DNA of 64,000 nucleotides from Plasmodiophora brassicae. Its lineage: Eukaryota. Below are positions 1-12,117 of the stretch, in pieces. Both the position numbers and the translations under genes were made by a program. Numbering within the stretch: position 1 is the stretch's first letter; every line of letters begins with the position of its first letter. The stretch covers positions 558,001 through 622,000 of the forward strand of contig CP145414.1 in NCBI GenBank assembly GCA_036867785.1. Direction: 5' to 3'. The notes beneath the pieces were generated by a model. It worked only from the letters and a program-made list of their open reading frames with translations. It was not told the origin of the DNA and did no database searches.

Positions 1-1906
1 GCAGAGGCAAGATGGGCCCCAGGCAAGGCAGCCACCGCCAGGACCTGCTTGGACATGGTTGCACGCTTGGCGGTATGGCCCCGGATCCGAACGGCAACCA
101 CGCCGGATGGTGACTCAATGGTGCGGCGCGCCGGACTCATCAGGTTGTTGCCCGGCTCAGGTCCATGAAACGTCAAAGTGTCGTTCCTCATCGTTGTACA
201 GCCAAACGCGCTTCCACTATCTCTTGGCGTCCGGCGCTCTGCCACGGGTGTTCAGGTTGAAACCGTAGGTTATCGTCCCAGTTCACTTGCATCGTCTCTA
301 CCGTCAGCACCAGTGAATCCTATGGTCCGATGTGATGATTGGACGACTATCATATCAGATAACGCGAATTTTACCGTGTGTGGACCTTTGTAATGAGGCC
401 ACCGTCCAGTTGGTGTGCAATATCATCAGACGTCCAGTGCATGTCTGTCCGCGTATGCTATTATGAAAGCGTCCAATACCGTTAGCTGTTGTATACGTAC
501 CCACGGTTGTTGTCATATGAACCGTGTGCCGCGGGCAAGCCTCATCAGCGACCATGCGGGTCAAGAAGCTTCCGGTGACATGATGTGGCATGGGATCGTC
601 GATACTGCTGCTTGGTAGACGGCCGTCGACGTCGCCGTCGTCAATGTCGAAAACCGTTCGTTGAGACACAGACCTGCCGCCGACACCCCGCGTCAGAATA
701 ATTATGTCAGCTGTGACAACCGAACCCTGGGTGACTAACCGCTGGACAGCCACGATCTACATAGAATGACCGTCTGCAGCTCTGGCCTCCTGACCCGACG
801 GCCCTTGCGCCCGGACTTGTCTAGCTAGACTGGGGCGCCTACCTCGGGCCCCTATTTGCTCCACTTGAGGTGCGGGCCCGATCAGGCCCCTTCTCCACGG
901 CGTGACGCGGCGCGGCTACCGACGCGGTCACGAACTGGGCGCAGTAGGTGCCGTGGGCGGCGTCACACAGCGGCGGAGGTGAAAATCCTTCCGACATGTC
1001 TTCTCAGACAGTTTGGGCACCGGCTGGGCTCCGAATCTCCCGGCTTTATCAGGATACCGGAATGGCCTTTGCGCACCACACTTTGTGAAGGACAAGCTTG
1101 CTGCGGTTGCACCAGTCTTCAGAACAGAGGCAACAGGCAACTCGAAAAGAGAACGGTCTACCGTTCTGCAACGCTACCTAGGTAGTAACAGGAGCTGGGC
1201 ACAAGCATGAGCCCGAGGTCGAGAAAGGCGAGGACGGGCGGATCAGGGCGTCGAACGGGAGGATGCGATGCGCTGCACGATGTAACAACGACCGTGCTGT
1301 AACATCCTACGTGCTGTGCGGCATTCCACTCCTGTCAGTTGCACAGCGCGCAGAGCGACAGCAGGCTGCACAGTTCATTCTGCAAGTTCCTGCTGAACAC
1401 GCGCGTCATGAGCCTGAATAATATAAGGGCCTGCAGTCCTCGGCATACAGTGCGACAGCAGGTCGTTGCCCAGGTTCATGTCGCGCGTGTATACGACAGG
1501 GACGTGCAGAATGAACTGTTTGTAGAACACGTACTTCGAATTTCCCCATGCGTAAACGTGTGTCATCGTGGTGGGACGGGGACAATATTGCTCAAATGCC
1601 CCAACCGTCTTGAGGTCTGTGTGCTGTCACACTGTGGCACCACCTAAACCGCAGCAGAACCCTGCACGACGACAAAGCGCCGATTGCAATTTGAATGGAG
1701 ACGCCGTGTCCACGAGCAATGAAGCGTAGACTAATATCCCTACATGCATATTGCATGGCGTCGCCCACCGGGTCGCTTATGCCAATCATCGCGCAAAGGC
1801 AAGAGGAACTGAGGGACTACCTAGGGATGAAGCGTGTCCATCTAACGCGAGGAGCGGTCGATCGCTTGTACTCGTACCATAAATTAACATCACTTCCCAT
1901 CATACA

Positions 1907-3453
1907 ATGTGCACACTCGCTGTGCAATGGCGCCGCACAGTGCTGGCGCTTCTGGGCGTGGCAGTCGGAAGCCTTACAATGAACGCTAGAGTCGTGAAGA
2001 GCTCGCTAACCTTCACGTCATCGTCGCCCGGGAGTCCCCTTGCGGGATTGACTCTGTACACAACGCCAATGTCGTCCTTCGTTGGGCCTCAGCCCGGGGA
2101 CTCCAACAACACCCGCACCGGCCCAGTCGTGCTCTTCACAGGAGATATATGCCAGCCAACCTCAGCGCTAGCTCCAGGTAGCATCATTCTCGTGCCGACT
2201 AATGGTGTCACGGGTGCCCAATGCTCCTACGAAACCCAATACCTAAATCTATTTGGAACCGGAGCCGCCGCAATCATTTGTAACCCACGTTGTTGTTGTT
2301 GTCGCTGCCCGACTGAGCATCTGACATCGTTTGTTTACCAGTGCCAATCATAGACGAGCTGCCATCGGTCGACATGTACACCAATGACGGGTCCCGGGGT
2401 GCCCAGACTCGTCAGCTTCCGATGTTGTTCCTGATGTTGGGCCCTAGTGATGACGTGTACACGACGCTTATCACGATGGCGCCGGGACAGAACGCCACCG
2501 TGTCTCCCGATGCCAACGTGTGGCAGAACACGTTCGCGTCATGGTACTACCAGCTGTTCATGCGGATCCTGCCCAGTGCCATCCTGATCGTTTCCGGTGT
2601 GGCGGCACTGGTCTACTTCGTCTCCCACATCCGCCTTATGGATGCCGACTACAGCATCACTGTTCCAAAGGCATCCCGGTCATTAGCGAGACGCGCCACC
2701 TTTATCCGGAAGGCGTTGAGCCTCCCGCACGCCGTCCTGGCCACCGAAGTGGTTACCAGCACGCTTTCAGGGGTTGTCTTATCCATCGGTGGGTACATGA
2801 GCACACCAAACCTCCCGTACCCGGTCGTCGCGTACTTCGTGACCCTTCTTAGCGGCTGGTCGCTGGCGTCCTCGGTGATGTCGAGTTCCGTCTGGATCCG
2901 CCACCTGTCGTTAATCTGCGAACAAGAGGCGCTGCTGTCTCGCATCCTTCGAGGCGACTATCCTGCCGTGTTCGTCCTCCTTCTAGCCATCCCGGTTGCC
3001 ATCGACACGGCGTTCAGCGTCCTCTGCTCGACATACGGCAACGGGCCCGTGCTCGTGATAGCCGCGTCCTCGTCCATATTCCTGCTTCAACTGGTCGTCG
3101 GTCTGCATGTCCTGTTCGGCGTTATGAACTATTACTGGATCGTTCGTAATATCCAACGACGGACGGTCAGCGGGGCAACGAGGTGGACAACAACAGGAAT
3201 GGACGCGTTCCTTGCCCGGCTGGCTCGCTGCGCTCTGGGCATGTCGCTGTCCATGATCCTGGTCTGCATCGGGTCGGCGCTGGCGGCGTTGGCGTCCGAG
3301 TCCTTGTACAACCCACCGCGATGGACGTTCTGCTTCGCGTTAACCATCAACGGGCGTGCATTGGACAGCGCCTTTCGCGTTGCCATGTTCAAGCCACGGT
3401 CGAACAGCGTTGAGCCAGAGGGCGCCCAGGTCACGATCGTTGCAGCCCGATGA
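1907..3453 (+). CDS. Signal peptide + PA (protease-associated) domain + 7TM receptor-like protein
   Basis: ORFs 1907 and 2341 join in frame across a GT-AG intron at 2280-2341. PA-like motif ICQP...GSIILVP...CSYETQYLNLFGTGAAAIIL...LPMLFL, then seven hydrophobic segments. Confidence 0.75.
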
Positions 3454-3743
3454 CAACGCGCAAGCCATCCGCCCATGATGTGCACGTGCGCCCAATAAAG
3501 CGGCACCTCAATGGACATTTGCCCAGCGTCGACCGGGGAGCACACCCATCCCGGCGGCGATGAACTTCGCGCTAGGTACTCAGTGGGTCGTGACGTGCCC
3601 AGGGCCTAATCGGGCGCCGCCCATGACTAGTACGGTACTTGCACCGCAAAGATGCCTCGGGATTCCCGTCCCCCCGCGGGAAGCGACCCGTCGGACGCGC
3701 CGGCCCCACTATCGTTTCGCAACAGGACGCTCCGAGTGCGGTG

Positions 3744-4311
3744 ATGAACGCGCTGGCCGTTGCGATTGTCGTCGTGGTTGCCCTGGCGGACGTATCGTGC
3801 GGCGGCAGGTTCATGGACCAGATCAAGCAACGTGTGACCAGCGCGTTCCGCCCGGCGAAGGAGAGCCGACCCGCGCCCGAACCGTCGACGTCAACGAACG
3901 CGCCGGTCCCCGCGTCGTCCAGCAGTGGAGCGGCGCCCGCATCGGCAAGTGTCGAACCGGCGCCCGGTCCTGCCGACGACAAACAGCTGCCGCCGCTCCC
4001 GTTGATCATCGCGCCGATTCCCATGGCCGACATCGACAAACTGATGGGCAAGCGCTTTATTCCCGCCGGGGACACGATTCCGGCCGGGTACAAGGCGAAC
4101 CAGATCGTGTTCGAAGAGAGCATCCCCGATCCTAAACGCGTAGGTGCCGCGCGCACTGTGTGGCGTGTGCCGGCGGCTGTGCTGACGGCGTGCCGGTGGT
4201 CGTTCCCAGCACGGGTTCGAGACGGGCATGTTCACGATGGATTTCAACCCGAGTCGCGTCACGATCAAGTACAACGCCGACTACATCGTCACGCAGGTCA
4301 CGAAAGGCTGA
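3744..4311 (+). CDS. Secreted peptidase inhibitor, I78/potato-inhibitor-I-like, with Pro/Ser-rich linker
   Basis: Signal peptide MNALAVAIVVVVALADVSC; intron 4140-4209. Spliced C-terminus KLMGKRF...IPDPKRHGFETGMFTMDFNPSRVTIKYNADYIVTQVTKG* matches the TMDFxPxRxxxxxxxxxxVxxVxxG signature. Confidence 0.75.
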
Positions 4312-4511
4312 GAGCGTCCCCTGTGGAGCGTGTTTGACACTGAAACCGAATAAAGCCGACCGATATCGCCGGCGCCGCAGACGGAATGCGCGCTTCGGCG
4401 CTCGGGAATGTTCCGTTCCTCGGCTGCCGCGCCGATTCACGATTTAGGGGCCCGATCCGACCGCCCCGGCGGTTGGTGGTCACAGTTACCCCATAGGCGC
4501 GCATCGTCACG

Positions 4512-5715
4512 ATGCCGTCCCCGTTCTCGTTGGTGCCGGTCCTGGTCGTGTCCGCGCTGTCGGCCGTCGGGTTGTTCGTGATCGGGATGCCGCCGATCAG
4601 TACGATCGCGAGCCACTACTTTGTCAAGTGGCACCCGGTGGCGCGCCAGACGAAAGTCGCGCAGACGGTCGCCGGGTTTCAAACGATGTTCCAGCTGAGT
4701 GCCGCGATCGACCTGGGCCTGTTCGACACGCTGAAGCTGAAGGGCCCGCTATCCGCCGAGCAACTCGCCGACGAGCTTCGTGTGCCGCTGCACAGCATTC
4801 GCGCCCTCGTCGACGCTCTCTGCGAATCCGATTACCTGGTCGTTGATGGGTTCGGGCGCTATCTGAACAGTGCGACCTCGTTGCATCATCTAACGTCGGG
4901 GTTGGACCCGAGCAAGGACATGCGCCCTTGGGTATCCCTCATGGTGAAGCTGGCGCCAGCGCTGGCCACGATGACCGATGCGCTTCGTCAGGGAAGCAGC
5001 GTCCTGGAGGAGCCGGGCGAGACGGAGCAGCATCCGCTCTGGACGCATTTCGCGAAGGTAACGGGCCCGATGGCCATATCGAATGCTCGGTCGGTGGTGC
5101 ACGATTTCCCACACGGATTCGCGGGATCGGTGCTCGATGTGGCGGCTGGGTCAGGGCAGTACGCGTTTGAGGTTGTTCGGCAGCTGCCCAAGTCCCGGGT
5201 CACGTTGTTCGACTTTGAAAACGTTCTTGATGTGGCACGCGCCGTCGGCGAAGCCGATGCGACTGTGGACATGAAACGCGTCACATTCTTCCCGGGTAAC
5301 GCGTTCACCGACACGCCACCTGATGTGCCGTACGACGCGGTTATCATCACGAACATGCTGCACCTGTTCTCGGCGGACGCCAACCTTGGCTTGTTGAAGC
5401 GTGTCCACTCATGGCTGAAACCAGGGGTACGATTGCACCTCGGGAATTCGTTCGTTGGCATTGTTTCTGAACAATCCCCTCGAACAGGGCCACGTGTTCA
5501 TCGTTGGAATCTGCCCACCCACAACGCCGTACAGTCTCTGGGAAGGGCAGTCCATGATGCGCGCGTTCTCGCTCGTGATTCTCGCCATGACCCGTAACGG
5601 AAAAGCGTATTCCGCCACTGAGATCGACGACATGCTGCAACAGGCGGGGTTCGCCAAGTCCACCAGCACGAACCTGTTCCCCATCAGCACGCTGATCGTG
5701 TCCAAAACCGTCTAA
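4512..5715 (+). CDS. Class I SAM-dependent O-methyltransferase (Methyltransf_2 + dimerisation domain) with N-terminal hydrophobic segment
   Basis: AAIDLGLFDTL dimerisation motif, VLDVAAGSG SAM motif, FFPGNAF, YDAVIITNMLHLFS. Intron 5427-5487 joins ORF 4512 to ORF 5455. Confidence 0.85.
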
Positions 5716-5916
5716 TAAGCTCTGTCAGTTCAGCCAATGAAAATCCAATCCGGTTCTGTCTACGCGTTGCGGCCTGGTGCTGTCCAAAACGGCCCGGCGG
5801 GCTCGAGCGGTCGACGCTCCAAGTCGATCCCCGTTACGTTTACCATTGGTTGGGCCCTTGGGGAGTGGCGGTTGGTTGGTGTGGCCACAACGAAGTCCGT
5901 GGCGGCCTCCCCACCG

Positions 5917-6698
5917 ATGCAGGACGCATCGCTGGTCAAGACGTTGGCGCCGATCGCACTGCTGACGCTGCTGCGACAGGTGGACGCGGAGGACCCCAGT
6001 ATCCGATTCACGATGCGATGTGCGGCGTCGACCTGTGTGCTAACGTCGCTGGGCTGCGTCTGATCTGTCGCGCGCTGTCAGGTATCGGATTCGGTTTGAC
6101 TGTTGCAATTGCTGGTATCATGTTCGTGCTGCGGAAGAGAATACTGAAACAGAAAGACGGCGAGATGGTTATTTCGGTTCGTGCGCGTGCATATGCAAGC
6201 TTGTGGTGGACGATCTGAGTGGAATCGGTCAGCTGCGGGAATCGGATCTGGAGCCGCCAAATCCATTAGCAGCGATGATGTCGAACCCTGACGAAGCAGC
6301 CGCGGAACCTTCGATTCAGATGACGCACGTCGAGTTCGATATGAAGAAGTGGAACGATGAAGCCAAGCGGCTTGCGATGCAGGCGTGCGTCGTGGCTGGT
6401 GTTCATTGGAAATGGCAGTACCTGATCCCGATCATCATCAGCCCCACAATGGTGTGCTATTGGTCGTTACATGGAGGAGCTTCATCTCGTCTAATGAGTG
6501 TCTCAGGCTTTGGTTGGTGTCATTGGGTCGGAACTGTTTCAGATCCACATTCAAGGGCGAACGGCTGCGTCACATCCGTCGCTGAAGCGACCATGGACCA
6601 AGGCGCCCGCCAAATCGATCTTCACCGAAGCCAGATCTGCATTGATGAACACGCAGGAAAAGAAGGCCAAGAAGAAGCGCAATCGGAAAGACGAATAG
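5917..6698 (+). CDS. PHO88: Pho88/SND3 family ER membrane protein
   Basis: Spliced exons give MTHVEFDMKKW...QACVVAGVHWKWQYLIPIIISP...ELFQIHIQG...LKRPW and a basic tail, typical of Pho88/Snd3. About 3 introns. Confidence 0.75.
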
Positions 6699-6794
6699 AT
6701 TAATGCCCTGGAACAGCATCAACATTGTCGATAAACGAGGGCTCCCGTTTCCAGCATTGGACACCAGTATTGCTACGACACAAAATACATTTAT

Positions 6795-9707
6795 TCAGAC
6801 AGGAGTTCCATTGGCACGACTCAGAAGCCAAATAAGTAACGAGAACACAGCAGCGGCAAGAGCCCCATAACGTCCATACTGCCGCGAGACCCTTAACCCC
6901 ATAACGACCAGTTGTTTGTCGGTCGCATCGTGATGACCAGGATCACGAGAAAGCGCGTCGCTTGCTCCTACAGCGCAGAGCAGGTCGTTTTCATGCGATG
7001 TGCTGTCGGTAACCGTGCCATGGATCGCTGGGGGACGTTGTTCACCCGCTTGCAAGGCGTTCTTAGAAGTATCGCCTTCTAGGCGGGGTCCTTCAGGAGG
7101 TGAATCACAGAGAAGGCTGTCGACCGGCCCAAATCTGTGCGAGTTTAGCAGCGGGCACAGGGATCTGGACACTGACCCAACAAAGGTGGCGATCGACTGG
7201 ACGGGTTGCACATCCGGGAATGATGCCAGGTAGCTTGGAACGTTCGCAGAGAACAGATAGTAGTGGAACGCAAGAGCGGCGACCAATGGCAATGTGATGA
7301 TATAGGTTGCCAGCAGTCGAGACAGGACATGAGGACCACGTCGTCCAGCGTTGAACGGTTGCACGGCGTATCGGAACGACGCGCCCCCAGGTGGCGGGCT
7401 CCAGATGTCGGCATTCAACACCAGATGCTTGCTGATTCGGCCAATCGAATTGAGTTCGCCCTTGACCACCTCCGTCGACGTCTTTGTGGCCGAGGAATTG
7501 ACGTCTGGCAATCGCGACTGGGGCAGCTCCCTTTGGGGCGTGATCACCTTTTCACCGATCCGATCCTCCATGGTCGTATTACGAAGGTCTTGTTCGTGAT
7601 CCCTTGTGACATCAGTCGGGACAAGAATAACATCGGATGCAGGAGCAGTGGAAGCGACACCTTCATGCACTGTCCCAATATGGTCTGCCTTCGATGCATG
7701 CCGAACACAATCCTCTTCAGGGTCCGCGTTCTCCGGCTCAAGCACAGCCTGGGATGGGACATCTGGTTCTGGCTCGTCAAGGTCCGAGTTGCAAGCATCG
7801 TGTGTCACATGATGGTCACAGCGATCAGCATTATCCAGCTCAAGCGATGCGAGGGGTGGATCGTCAAGATTCTCGTTGCGAGCATCGTCCTCGACACCTT
7901 CATGAGCTGCCTCAACGTGGTCTGCCTGCGATGCATGATGATCACCGTTCTCTTTAGGGTCCGAATTCTCCGTCTTAGGCACAGCCTGGGATGGGACAAC
8001 GCGTTCTGGCTCATCAAGATCGGCGCTGCAAGCATCGACATGATCGTCAGTAAATGTTCCAAGGTGAGCATCCTGTGCTGCATGCAGGTCGTGATGATGA
8101 TCAAGATCAGCATTATCCAGCTCAATCGCTGCCAGGGGTGGATCGTCCAGGACGCCGTTGTGATCCTCGCCCATGTCATCAGGAGACGTCACAAGGTGAG
8201 TGGCTAGTGAAGCATGATGAACGCCGTTCCCTTGGTGATGTCCATGACCAGCCGTATCCAGCCCAGGGCCTGCTGCAGTTGGGATAACTGGACCGCCACA
8301 GGCGATGCCTTCGCGGACCGTCTCAAGGTGAGCAATCTGTGGCGCGTGATGATCACCAGTCTCTTGCGGAAGTTCACGATCAACGAGATCCGGCCCAAAC
8401 ACAGCTGGATTGACAAAACCTGCGTTGTGGCCATCGTCCCTGACGCTATCGAGAGAAGATGAATCTGCAAGGACAGACAGGGACGAAACGGACACAGCAC
8501 TGTCGACCGCCTGCACCATGTCCTGGACGACGGACCTCGGGTGCTGATCGTGCTCAGTCTCAATTGTTAACTTGGCCACAGGAGCCGCGGCAACCTGCAG
8601 TGCAGAGGATCGACGCTCTTCGTGATAACCACCATCTGAATTGTCGGGTGCAGTTTCGTATCCATTGTCAGTGTCGGGTTCTTCACTTTCTCCACCAAGA
8701 CGCTCTTCGCCTGCTCCACCAAGACGTGTGGGGTTGTCTGACAGGTCGTCAATGTTCCACCCAACATCCGAATCGTCACCGGAACAGCCTGGATCAGAAC
8801 TTTCAAGAGTATCGCTGAGATGGCGGTCGTACTCGCTAAGAGCACCTAATGGTCGATGAACCCGGTTCGAAGTCTCTGGAGAAGGAGGAGACAATTCAAA
8901 TTCGCCATCCCCCAACTGAAACGTTGCTTGTCTCGCTGCCAGATCTAAAGGTGGCGGCATAGTGGTCGCGTCTTGAACCACAGGTGCTGGTGATCCCCTC
9001 AGCGGGATACGTATCGAGTGCTCTCCGTCCACGAGCACTTCCGTGAACTTCGAAAATGACACGGCAGAGTTCGAGCGTGGCATTGGACTGTCCATAGTGG
9101 CCTCAACTGGAAATCGCCTCGGACGAGCACCTTGTGAGTGTCGTCGGTTCATGCAACTCTTCAGACCCCGGGTCCCGTTCGTGGACTGTGATTGACTCGA
9201 CGTGGCCTTCCTCATCGGCATAAACTGTCGCCCGTAGATAGCAGCCCCGGCAGCAGCAACAGCATGAGCTATAGCAGTAGCGCCCTGAATAGCACAGTAT
9301 CAGTACGGCAACTGTGAGACATTACGTGGCGACCAGACCGTTACGAAGGCGGCACCGAGTAACGCTTTCTTTACAAGTGATAGCGGGTGGCGTTTCTTAG
9401 TCATCGCTCGTTTCCTCTTGAGAAACAGACCATACAATGATGACGCCGCTGTGGTGGCGAGCGCCCCTGAAACCAAAGCTTTCGAGTACGTACTGCGTCT
9501 CGGTGGCAATCCCGTCTCTGCACTCGACGCATAAGCGTGGACGTCCATTGCACCGACAGTTTCATTACCTTGTAACGCTGGCACTTCTGATTGCACATCG
9601 GAACGTGGGCGATGGATGACAGCTCCCCATATCAACAGGCCGATGCTGGTAAGGACCACGACAGCGAAGAGGCTGACGAGCGGACGAGGGATGACTAGTC
9701 GCAACAT
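6795..9707 (-). CDS. Large acidic, His-rich, repeat-containing membrane protein of unknown function
   Basis: 808-aa ORF (6795-9221) with two C-terminal hydrophobic segments. It joins in frame to ORF 9300-9707 (N-terminal hydrophobic segment) via a GT-AG intron at 9285-9338 (FVT|GATAIAH...FMPMRKA). Confidence 0.55.
7657..8150. repeat. Two diverged copies of a ~210-250 bp coding repeat
   Basis: 7657-7868 vs 7894-8150, encoding LDDPPLA.(I/L)ELDNAD...DAC..DLDEPE..VPSQAV...EN.DP.E....HAS.ADH....HEGV twice. Confidence 0.85.
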
Positions 9708-9872
9708 CTGCGAGCGCCCGAGCGTCAGCTACGGCGTCCGCGGACACGGGCGTTCGGGGAAAATGACGGCGTCCTCGTGCGCGCGACGATTTCTGAAGGG
9801 ACCGCATGGGTGCCATGGACAGCAAGGTTCCCAATATAGAACCCCCGGCAGCAGGCCGCACACGACTGGAGC

Positions 9873-9928
9873 GGACGACGGGGATCCCAAAAATACGACC
9901 GGACGACGGGGATCCCAAAAATATGACC
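9873..9928. repeat. 28-bp tandem duplication (2 copies)
   Basis: ggacgacggggatcccaaaaata(c/t)gacc x2, one mismatch. Confidence 0.9.
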
Positions 9929-10126
9929 CCTGTCAGGGCTGCTGGCTGCGGCTTCGTGACTTCTGGCGGTTGGTGTCAGGCTTCGGTCGCAGGTCCGCTC
10001 CGTATGTAGAGCGCAGGACGACATTGATAACCTGTAAACGATCGAGTGTTTGGCTCTGGACTCGGATGCACTGCACGGGCTGCTTGCTGCTTTACTAGTA
10101 GCGATTCGTGCGACGTTCATTGCGGC

Positions 10127-10453
10127 CTAAGCAGTTGGAGCAACTGCAGAGACGGCGGCGGCGGCGGCGCAGGCGGCCATGCAGGCGCCCTGGGCCGCAC
10201 TGCAATGCGCGGCCGACGCAAGCCCCGACGCAGGAGCACCCGTTAACCACGCCCACCATCCAACCGGGCCGGTCGCTGCACTTGTAGCGGTCACCATCCC
10301 GAATACCACGCCCGATGCAGCGTAACAGGTAACCGCCGCAGCATTACAGGCGGTTTGGCACGCCCCGTAGGTCAGTAACCCCAGCGTGGGCCCACCGACC
10401 GCACATCCGGCAAGGAACACGGTCAACACCATCGTAATCATCGTCGCGTTCAT
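10127..10453 (-). CDS. Small secreted cysteine-rich protein ('zygote-specific'-like family)
   Basis: Signal peptide, then GP...YGACQTACNAAAVTCYAASGVVFG...CSAAQGACMAAC...APT, a pattern known from fungal, oomycete and algal small Cys-rich proteins. Confidence 0.75.
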   Translation of the reverse strand: MNATMITMVLTVFLAGCAVGGPTLGLLTYGACQTACNAAAVTCYAASGVVFGMVTATSAATGPVGWWAWLTGAPASGLASAAHCSAAQGACMAACAAAAAVSAVAPTA

Positions 10454-10692
10454 CTCCGGTGGATTCCCGTCGAGCAGGAAATCGTTGAATGCGCGAACTT
10501 CTGTCCGGACTAGAGGTGCGACTAAACGATCAGTTTCAATGAACGCGAACCTCGCCCGCAATCCCTTTCCTGGGACGTATGTAGGTGCAATATGTAATGT
10601 ATTCTTTGCGGCTAGGTGTAGATACGCAGACGTAGTGATGGGTGCCGATCACAAGCATCCGTAGGCATTGGCAACTGGATCGGTGTGGCCAG

Positions 10693-11705
<1,013 letters not shown>

Positions 11706-12117
11706 GTGCAGAGAGCTTCGTAATCACAGAGCCGTGTAGCGCGAGACGTGCTGCAACTGGACTGGCGTGCACCCTGGAACAGAACGACCGCTCGTCTCTG
11801 CTGGACCGCGACACTCAGTTGCTCCGAAGGCAGCGTGCGCTTCTCACCAAACTGAACTGTGACTGTCGTCGAAGGCCCACTACCCGACGGGTAGCAGGAA
11901 CGGCCAGCCAGCATGCCCACGTTTATTCGCGGGGGCCCGCTACAACAACCTGGACCGTCGGCATGGACCAGATACGGTGCGCAAACACAAACGCACATGT
12001 GCTTCTATCATGAAAACGCTATCGGGACGATGATCGTACATATCCAGGCACGATGCACAACACAGCATAATGAATGTTGTACACTGACTGAGAGGGTGTC
12101 CACATCGGAACCGTCGT

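Noticed and set aside
4512-5715. Identification as the salicylate/benzoate methyltransferase effector (BSMT)
   Set aside because: Motifs are Methyltransf_2 type, not SABATH family.
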